Shown here: positions 52,041-62,500 of the stretch, one piece after another | How the letters are laid out: each line of letters opens with the position of its first letter | Position numbering within the stretch: position 1 is the stretch's first letter | DNA from: Eledone cirrhosa | Taxonomy: Eukaryota | Length of the DNA: 64,000 nucleotides | Direction of reading: 5' to 3' | Assembly: GCA_964016885.1 (NCBI GenBank) | Contig: OZ024741.1 | Location: 250,790,001-250,854,000 of the forward strand | Made by a program: the position numbers and the translations under genes | The notes under the pieces: model-generated | Databases searched by the model: none | Seen by the model: only the letters and a program-made list of their open reading frames with translations | Told to the model about the DNA's origin: nothing

Positions 52041-55000
52041 GGGAGATAATTTCCAGCCGTCCAAGGGGAGATAATTTTTTAAAATATAGGTGGAGATAAT
52101 TTGTAAAAAAATCAGGGGGAGATAATTTGTAAAAACAAAATCAAGGGCAGATAATTTCCAGCCGTCCAAGGGGAGATAATTTCCAGCCGTGCAAGGGGAG
52201 ATAATTTCCAGCCGTCCAAGGGGAGATAATTTCCATCCTTCCAAGGGGAGATAATTTCCAGCCGTCCAAGGGGAGATTATTTCCCGCCAGCCAAGGGAAG
52301 ATAATATTTAAAAAAATCAGGCGGAGATAATTTGTAAAATAAATCAGGGGGAGATAATTTGTAAAAAAATCAGGGGGAGATAATTTGTAAAAAAGATCAG
52401 GGGGAGATAATTTGTAAAAAAAAATCAGGGGTAGATAATATGTAAAATAAAATCAGTGGGAGATAATTTGTAAAAAAAAAAATCAGGGGGAGATAATTTG
52501 TAAAAAAAATCAAGGGGAGATAATTTTCAGCCGTCCAAGGGGAGATAATTTCCAGCCGTCCAAGGGGAGATAATTTTTTAAAAAAAATCAGGCGGAGATA
52601 ATTTGTAAAAAAAAAATCAGGGGGAGATAATTTGTAAAAAAATCAAGGGGAGATAATTTCCAGCCGTCCAAGGGAAGATAATTTCCAGCCTCCAAGGGGC
52701 TATAATTTCCAGCCTCCAAGGGGAGATAATTTCCAGCCAGCGAAGGGGTGATAATTTTTTTTTAAAAATCACTGGGAGATTTGTAAAAAAAATCAGGGGG
52801 AGATAATTTGTAAAAAGAATCAAGGGGAGATAATTTCCAACCGTCCAAAGAGAGATAATTTCTAGCCGTCCAAGGGGAGATAATTTCCAGCCAAGGGGAG
52901 ATAATTTCCAGCCGTCCAAGGGGAGATAATTTTTTAAAATATAGGTGGAGATAATTTGTAAAAAAATCAGGGGGAGATAATTTGTAAAAACAAAATCAAG
53001 GGCAGATAATTTCCAGCCGTCCAAGGGGAGATAATTTCCAGCCGTGCAAGGGGAGATAATTTGTAAAAAAAATCAGGGGGAGATAATTTCCAGCCGTCCA
53101 AGGGGAGATAATTTTCAGCCGTCCAAGGAGAGGTAATTTCTAGCCGCCCAAGGGAAGATAATTTCCAGCCGTCCAAGGAGAGGTAATGTCCAGCCGTCCT
53201 AGGGGAGATAATTTCCAGCCGTCCAAGGGGAGATAATTTGTAAAAAAAAAAAATCAGGGGGAGATAATTTGTAAAAAAAAATCAGGGGGAGATAATTTGT
53301 AAAAAAAATCAAGGGGAGATAATTTCCCGCCAGCGAAGGGGAGATAATTTTTTTAAAAAAATCACTGGGAGATTTGTAAAAAAAATCAGGGGGAGATAAT
53401 TTGTAAAAAAAATCAAGGGGAGATAATTTCCAGCCGTCCAAAGAGAGATAATTTCTAGCCGTCCAAGGGGAGATAATTTCCAGCCAAGGGGAGATAATTT
53501 CCAGCCGTCCAAGGGGAGATAATTTTTTAAAAAATCAGGTGGAGATAATTTGTAAAAAAAATCAGGGGATGATAATTTGTAAAAACAAAATCAAGGGCAG
53601 ATAATTTCCAGCCGTCCAAGGGGAGATAATTTCCAGCAGTGCAAGGGGAGATAATTTCCAGCCGTCCAAGGGGAGATAATTTCCATCCTTCCAAGGGAAG
53701 ATAATTTCCAGCCGTCCAAGGGGAGATAATATTTAAAAAAATCAGGCGGAGATAATTTGTAAAAAAAATCAGAGGGAGATAATTTGTAAAAAAATCAGGG
53801 GGAGATAATTTGTAAAAAAAAAAATCAGGTGGAGATAATTTGTAAAAAAAATCAGGGGGAGATAATTTTTAAAAAAAATCAGGGTGAGATAATTTGTAAA
53901 AAAATCAGGGGTAGATAATTTGTAAAAAAAATCAAGGGGAGATAATTTCCAGCCGTCCAAGGGTAGATAATTTCCAGCCAGCGAATGGGAGATAATTTTT
54001 TTTTTTAAATCAGGGGTAGATTGGTAAAAAAAAATCAGGGGGAGATAATTTGTAAAAAAATCAAGGGGAGATAATTTCCAGCCGTCGAAGGAGAGATAAT
54101 TTATAGCCGTCCAAGGGGAGATAATTTCCAGCAAGCCAAGGGAGATAATATTTTAAAAAAATCAGGCGGAGATGATTTGTAAAAAAAATCAGGTGGAGAT
54201 AATTTGTTAAAAAAAATCAGGGGGCGATAATTTCCAGCCGTCCAAGGGGAGATAATTTTTTTTTTTAAATCAGGGGAGATAATTTGTAAAAAAAATCAGG
54301 GGGAGATAATTTGTAAAAAAAAATCAGGGGGAGCTAATTTGTATAAAAATATCAGGGGGAGATAATTTCCAGCCAGCCAAGGGGAGATAATTTCCAGCCA
54401 GCCAAGGGGAGATATTTGTAAAAAAAAATCAGGGAGAGGTAATTTGTAAAAAAAAAATCAGGGGTAGATAATTTGTAGAAGAAATCAAGGGGAGATAATT
54501 TCCAGCCGTCCAAGGGGAGATAATTTCCATCCTTCCAAGGGGAGATAATTTCCAGCCGTCCAAGGGGAGATAATTTCCCGCCAGCCAAGGTAAGATAATA
54601 TTTAAAAAAATCAGGCGGAGATAATTTGAAAAAAAAATCAGGGGGAGATAATTTGTAAAAAAATTACGGGGAGATAATTTGTAAAAAAAAAATCAGGGGG
54701 AGATAATTTGTAAAAAAAATCAGGGGGAGATAATTTGTAAAAAAAAATCAGGGGTAGATAATTTGTAAAAAAAAATCAGGGGTAGATAATTTGTAAAAAA
54801 AAATCAAGGGGAGATAATTTCCAGCCGTCCAAAGAGAGATAATTTAAAAAAAAAATCAGGCGGAGATAATTTGTAAAAAAAAATCAGGGGTAGATAATTT
54901 GTAAAAAAAATCAGGGGGAGATAATTTGTAAAAAAAATCAAGGGGAGATAATTTCCAGCCGTCCAAGGGAAGATAATTTCCAGCCAAGGGGAGATAATTT

Positions 55001-56527
55001 CCAGCCGTCCAAGGGGAGATAATTTTTTTAAAAATCAGGTGGCGATAATTTGTAAAAAAAATCAGGGGGAGATAATTTGTAAAAACAAAATCAAGGGCCG
55101 ATAATTTCCAGCTGTCCAAGGGGAGATAATTTCCAGCCGTGCAAGGGAAGATAACTTCCAGCCGTCCAAGGGGAGATAATTACCCGCCAGCCAAGGGAAG
55201 ATAATTTTTAAAAAAATCAGGCGTAGATTGTAAAAAAATCAGGGGGAGATAATTTGTAAAAAAATCAGGGGGAGATAATTTGTAAAAAAAAATCAGGGGG
55301 AGATAATTTGTAAAAGAAATCAGGGGGAGATAATTTGTAAAAAAAAATCAGGGGGAGATAATTTGTAAAAAAATCAGGGGTAGATAATTTGTAAAAAAAA
55401 TCAGGGGGAGATAATTTGTAAAAAAAAAATCAGGGGGAGATAATTTGTAAAAAAAATCAAGGGGAGATAATTTGCAGCCGTCCAAGGGGAGATAATTTCC
55501 AGCCGTCCAAAGAGAGATAATTTCTAGCCGTCCAAGGGGAGATAATTTCCAGCCGTCCAAGGGGAGATAATTTCCAGCCGTCCAAGGGGAGATAATTTTT
55601 AAAAATATCAGGTGGAGATAATTTGTAAAAAAATCAGGGGGAGATAATTTGTAAAAAAAATCAAGGGGAGATAATTTGCAGCCGTCCAAGGGGAGATAAT
55701 TTCCAGCCGTCCAAAGAGAGATAATTTCTAGCCGTCCAAGGGGAGATAATTTCCAGCCGTCCAAGGGCAGATAATTTCCAGCCGTCCAAGGGGAGATAAT
55801 TTCCCGCCAGCCAAGGGAAGATAATTTTTAAAAAAATCAGACGGAGATAATTTGTAGAAAAATCAGGGGGAGATAATTTCCAGCCGTCCAAGGGGAGATA
55901 ATTTTCAGCCGTGCAAGGAGAGGTAATTTCTAGCCGTCCAAGGGGAGATAATTTTCAGCCGTCCAAGGAGAGGTAATTTCTAGCCGTCCAAGGGGAGATA
56001 ATTTCCAGCCGTCCAAGGGGAGATAATTTCCAGCTGTCCAAGGGGAGATAATTTTTAAAAAAATCAGGCGGAGATAATTTGTAAAAAAAAAATCAGGGGG
56101 AGATAATTTGTAAAAAAAATCAGGGGGAGATAATTTGTAAAAAAATCAAGGGGAGATAATTTCCAGCCGTCCAAGTGAAGATAATTTCCAGCCCTCCAAG
56201 GGAAGATAACTTCCAGCCCTCCAAGGGGCTATAATTTCCAGCGTCCAAGGGGAGATAATTTCCAGCCAGCGAAGGGGAGATAATTTTTTTAAAAAAATCA
56301 CTGGGAGATTTGTAAAAAAAATCAGGGGGAGATAATTTGTAAAAAAAATCAAGGGGAGATAATTTCCAGCCGTCCAAAGAGAGATAATTTCTAGCCGTCC
56401 AAGGGGAGATAATTTCCAGCCAAGGGGAGATAATTTCCAGCCGTACAAGGGGAGATAATTTTTAAAAGAATCAGGTGGAGATTATTTGTAAAAAACATCA
56501 GGGGGAGATAATTTGTAAAAACAAAAT

Positions 56528-57178
56528 CAAGGGCAGATAATTTCCAGCCGTCCAAGGGGAGATAATTTCCAGCAGTGCAAGGGGAGATAATTTCCAGCCG
56601 TCCAAGGGGAGATAATTTCCATCCTTCCAAGGGGAGATAATTTCCAGGCGTCCAAGGGGAGATAATTTCCAGCCGTCCAAGGGGAGATAATTTCCATCCT
56701 TCCAAGGGGAGATAATTTCCAGCCGTCCAAGGGGAGATAATTTCCAGCAGTGCAAGGGGAGATAATTTCCAGCCGTCCAAGGGGAGATAATTTCCATCCT
56801 TCCAAGGGGAGATAATTTCCAGCCGTCCAAGGGGAGATAATTTCCATCCTTCCAAGGGGAGATAATTTCCAGCCGTCCAAGGGGAGATAATTTCCAGCAG
56901 TGCAAGGGGAGATAATTTCCAGCCGTCCAAGGGGAGATAATTTCCATCCTTCCAAGGGGAGATAATTTCCAGCCGTCCAAGGGGAGATAATTTCCAGCAG
57001 TGCAAGGGGAGATAATTTCCAGCCGTCCAAGGGGAGATAATTTCCATCCTTCCAAGGGGAGATAATTTCCAGCCGTCCAAGGGGAGATAATTTTCAGCCG
57101 TCCAAGGAGAGGTAATTTCTAGCCGTCCAAGGGGAGATAATTTCTAACCGTCCAAGGGGAGATAATTTCCAGCCGTCC
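56528..57178 (+). repeat. Pure type-A sub-array: 26 x 25-bp monomers with 50/100-bp sub-periodicity
   Basis: Consensus CCAGCCGTCC alternates with CCAGCAGTGC and CCATCCTTCC tails. No A-tract monomer occurs for 650 bp. Confidence 0.93.
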
Positions 57179-59599
57179 AAGGGGAGATAATTTTAAAAAA
57201 AAATCAGGCGGAGCTAATTTGTAAAAAAAAAATCAGGGGCAGATAATTTGTAAGAAGAAATCAGGGGGAGATAATTTGTATACAAAATCAAGGGGAGATA
57301 ATTTCCAGCCGTCCAAGGGGAGATAATTTCCAGCCGTCCAAGGGGAGATAATTTCCAGCCAGCCAAGGGGAGATAATTTCCAGCCAGCCAAGGGGAGATA
57401 TTTGTAAAAAAAATCAGGGGCAGATAATTTGTAAAAAAAAAATCAGGGGTAGATAATTTGTAGAAGACATCAAGGGGAGATAATTTCCAGCCGTCCAAGG
57501 GGAGAAAATTTCCATCCAGCCAAGGGGAGATAATTTTTTAAAAAAAATCAGGCGGAGATAATTTGTAAAAAAAAATCAGGGGGAGATAATTAGTAAAAAA
57601 AATCAAGGGGAGATAATTTCCAGCCGTCCAAGGGGAGATAATTTCCAGCCCTACAAGCAGCTATAATTTCCAGCCGTCCAAAGGGAGATAATTTCCAGCC
57701 GTCCAAGGGGAGATAATTTCCAGCCGTCCAAGGGGAGATAAATTCCAGCCTCCAAGGGGAGATAATTTCCAGCCAGCCAAGGGGAGATAATTTGTAAAAA
57801 AATCAGGGGGAGATAATTTGTAAAAAAAAATCAGGGGGAGATAATTTGTAAAAAAAAATCAGTTGGAGATAATTTGTAAAAAAAAATCAGGGGGAGATAA
57901 TTTGTAAAAAAAATCAAGGGGAGATAATTTTCAGCCGTCCAAGGGGAGATAATTTTCAGCCGTCCAAGGAGAGGTAATTTCTAGCCGTCCAAGGGGATAT
58001 AATTTCCAGCCGTCCAAGGGGAGATAATTTCCAGCCGTCCAAGGGGAGATAATTTTTAAAAAAAATCAGGCGGAGATAATTTGTAAAAAAAAAATCAGGG
58101 GGAGATAATTTGTAAAAAAAAATCAGGGGGAGATAATTTGTAAAAAAAATCAAGGGGAGATAATTTCCAGCCGTCCAAGGGAAGATAATTTCCAGCCCTC
58201 CAAGGGAAGATAACTTCCAGCCCTCCAAGGGGCTATAATTTCCAGCGTCCAAGGGGAGATAATTTCCAGCCAGCGAAGGGGAGATAATTTTTAAAAAAAA
58301 TCACTGGGAGATTTGTAAAAAAAATCAGAGGGTGATAATTTGTAAAAAAAATCAAGGGGAGATAATTTCCAGCCGTCCAAAGAGAGATAATTTCTAGCCG
58401 TCCAAGGGGAGATAATTTCCAGCCAAGGGGAAATAATTTCCAGCCGTCCAAGGGGAGATAATTTCCAGCCGTGCAAGGGGAGATAATTTCCAGCCGTCCA
58501 AGGGGAGATAATTTCCATCCTTCCAAGGGGAGATAATTTCCAGCCGTCCAAGGGGAGATTATTTCCCGCCAGCCAAGGGAAGATAATATTTAAAAAAATC
58601 AGGCGGAGATAATTTGTAAAATAAATCAGGTGGAGATAATTTGTAAAAAAATCAGGGGGAGATAATTTGTAAAAAAGATCAGGGGGAGATAATTTGTAAA
58701 AAAAAATCAGGGGTAGATAATATGTAAAATAAAATCAGTGGGAGATAATTTGTAAAAAAAAAAATCAGGGGGAGATAATTTGTAAAAAAAATCAAGGGGA
58801 GATAATTTTCAGCCGTCCAAGGGGAGATAATTTCCAGCCGTCCAAGGGGAGATAATTTTTTAAAAAAAATCAGGCGGAGATAATTTGTAAAAAAAAAATC
58901 AGGGGGAGATAATTTGTAAAAAAATCAAGGGGAGATAATTTCCAGCCGTCCAAGGGAAGATAATTTCCAGCCTCCAAGGGGCTATAATTTCCAGCCTCCA
59001 AGGGGAGATAATTTCCAGCCAGCGAAGGGGTGATAATTTTTTTTAAAAAATCACTGGGATATTTGTAAAAAAAATCAGGGGGAGATAATTTGTAAAAAGA
59101 ATCAAGGAGAGATAATTTCCAGCCGTCCAAAGAGAGATAATTTCTAGCCGTCCAAGGGGAGATAATTTCCAGCCGTCCAAGGGGAGATAATTTTTTAAAA
59201 TATAGGTGGAGATAATTTGTAAAAAAAATCAGGGGGAGATAATTTGTAAAAACAAAATCAAGGGCAGATAATTTCCAGCCGTCCAAGGGGAGATAATTTC
59301 CAGCCGTGCAAGGGGAGATAATTTGTAAAAAAAATCAGGGGGAGATAATTTCCAGCCGTCCAAGGGGAGATAATTTTCAGCCGTCCAAGGAGAGGTAATT
59401 TCTAGCCGTCCAAGGGAAGATAATTTCCAGCCGTCCAAGGAGAGGTAATTTCTAGCCGTCCAAGGGGAGATAATGTCCAGCCGTCCTAGGGGAGATAATT
59501 TCCAGCCGTCCAAGGGGAGATAATTTTTAAAAAAATCAGGCGGAGATAATTTGTAAAAAAAAATCAGGGGGAGATAATTTGTAAAAAAAATCAAGGGGA

Positions 59600-62500
59600 G
59601 ATAATTTCCAGCCAGCGAAGGGGAGATAATTTTTTTTTAAAAATCACTGGGAGATTTGTAAAAAAAATCAGGGGGAGATAATTTGTAAAAAGAATCAAGG
59701 GTAGATAATTTCCAGCCGTCCAAAGAGAGATAATTTCTAGCCGTCCAAGGGGAGATAATTTCCAGCCAAGGGGAGATAATTTCCAGCCGTCCAAGGGGAG
59801 ATAATTTTTTTAAATATCAGGTGGAGATAATTTGTAAAAAAAATCAGGGGGAGATAATTTGTAAAAGCAAAATCAAGGGCAGATAATTTCCAGCCGTCCA
59901 AGGGGAGATAATTTCCAGCCGTGCAAGGGGAGATAATTTGTAAAAAAAATCAGGGGGAGATAATTTCCAGCCGTCCAAGGGGAGATAATTTTCAGCCGTC
60001 CAAGGAGAGGTAATTTCTAGCCGTCCAAGGGGAGATAATTTCCAGCCGTGCAAGGGGAGATAATTTCCAGCCGTCCAAGGGGAGATAATTTCCATCCTTC
60101 CAAGGGGAGATAATTTCCAGCCGTCCAAGGGGAGATAATTTCCAGCCAGCGAAGGGGAGATAATTTTTTTTTTTAAATCAGGGGTAGATTGGTAAAAAAA
60201 AATCAGGGGGAGATAATTTGTAAAAAAATCAAGGGGAGATAATTTCCAGCCGTCGAAGGAGAGATAATTTATAGCCGTCCAAGGGGAGATAATTTCCAGC
60301 AAGCCAAGGGAGATAATTTTTTAAAAAAATCAGGCGTAGATGATTTGTAAAAAAAATCAGGTGGAGATAATTTGTTAAAAAAAATCAGGGGGCGATAATT
60401 TCCAGCCGTCCAAGGCGAGATAATTTTCAGCCGTCCAAGGAGAGGTAATTTCTAGCCGTTCAAGGGGAGATAATTTCCAGCCGTCCAAGGGGAGATAATT
60501 TCCAGCCGTCCAAGGGGAGATAATTTTTAAAAAAAACCAGGCGGAGCTAATTTGTAAAAAAATAATCAGGGGCAGATAATTTGTAAAAAAAAATCAGGGG
60601 GAGATAATTTGTATACAAAATCAAGGGGAGATAATTTCCAGCCGTCCAAGGCGAGATAATTTCCAGCCGTCCAAGGGAAGATAATTTACAGCTGTCCAAG
60701 GAGAGGTAATTTCTAGGCGTCCAAGGGGAGATAATTTCCAGCCGTCCAAGGGGAGATCATTTCCAGCCTGCCAAGGGGAGATAATTTCCAGGCAGCCAAG
60801 GTTAGATATTTGTAAAAAAAAATCAGGGGGAGATAATTAGTAAAAAAAATCAAGGGGAGATAATTTCCAGCCGTCCAAGGGGAGATAATTTCCAGCCCTA
60901 CAAGCAGCTATAATTTCCAGCCGTCCAAAGGGAGATAATTTCCAGCCAGCGAAGGGGAGATAATTTTTTTTTAAATTAGGGGGAGATTTGTAAAAAAAAT
61001 CAGGGGGAGATAATTTGTAAAAATAATCAAGGGGAAATAATTTCCAGCCGTCCAAGGGGAGATAATTTCCAGCCGTCCAAGGGGAGATAATTTCCAGCCG
61101 TCCAAGGAGAGGTAATTTCTAGCCGTCCAAGGGGAGATAATTTCCAGCCGTCCAAGGGGAGATAATTTCCAGCCGTCCAAGGGGAGATAATTTCCAGCCG
61201 TTCAAGGGGAGATAATTTCCAGCCGTCCAAGGAGAGGTAATTTCAAGCCGTCCAAGGGGAGATAATTTCCAGCCGTCCAAGGGGAGATAAATTCCAGCCT
61301 CCAAGGGGAGATAATTTCCAGCCAGCCAAGGGGAGATAATTTGTAAAAAAATCAGGGGGAGATAATTTGTAAAAAAAATCAGGGGGAGATAATTTGTAAA
61401 AAAAAAATCAGGGGGAGATAATTTGTAAAAAAAATCAAGGGGAGATAATTTCCAGCCGTCCAAAGGGAGATAATTTTCAGCCGTCCAAGGAGAGGTAATT
61501 TCTAGCCGTCCAAGGGGAGATAATTTCCAGCCGTCCAAGGGGAGATAATTTCCAGCCGTCCAAGGGGAGATAATTTTTTAAAAAAAATCAGGCGGAGATA
61601 ATTTGTAAAAAAAAAATCAGGGGAGATAATTTGTAAAAAAAAATCGGGGAGATAATTTGTAAAAAAAAATCAGGGGGAGATAATATGTAAAAAAAATCAA
61701 GGGGAGATAATTTCCAGCCGTCCAAGGGAAGATAATTTCCAGCCCTCCAAGGGGCTATAATTTTTAGCGTCCAAGTGGAGATAATTTCCAGCCAGCGAAA
61801 GGGAGATAATTTTTTTAAAAAAATCACTGGGAGATTTGTAAAAAAAATCAGGGGGAGATAATTTGTAAAAAAATCAAGGGGAGATAATTTCCAGCCGTCC
61901 AAAGAGAGATAATTTCTAGCCGTCCAAGGGGAGATAATTTCCAGCCAAGGGGAGATAATTTCCAGCCGTCCAAGGGGAGATAATTTCCAGCCGTGCAAGG
62001 GGAGATAATTTCCAGCCGTCCAAGGGGAGATTATTTCCCGCCAGCCAAGGGAAGATAATATTTAAAAAAATCAGGCGGAGATAATTTGTAAAATAAATTA
62101 GGGGGAGATAATTTGTAAAAAAATCAGGGGGAGTTAATTTGTAAAAAAAATCAAGGGGAGATAATTTCCAGCCAGCGAAGGGGAGATAATTTTTAAAAAA
62201 AAATCACTGGGAGATTTGTAAAACAAATCAGGGGGAGATAATTTGTAAAAAAAATCAAGGGGAGATAATTTCCAGCCGTCCAAAGAGAGATAATTTCTAG
62301 CCGTCCAAGGGGAGATAATTTCCAGCCAAGGGGAGATAATTTCCAGCCGTCCAAGGGGAGATAATTTTTTAAAAAATCAGGTGGAGATAATTTGTAAAAA
62401 AAATCAGGGGAAGATAATTTGTAAAAACAAAATCAAGGGCAGATAATTTCCAGCCGTCCAAGGGGAGATAATCTCCAGCAGTGCAAGGGGAGATAATTTC

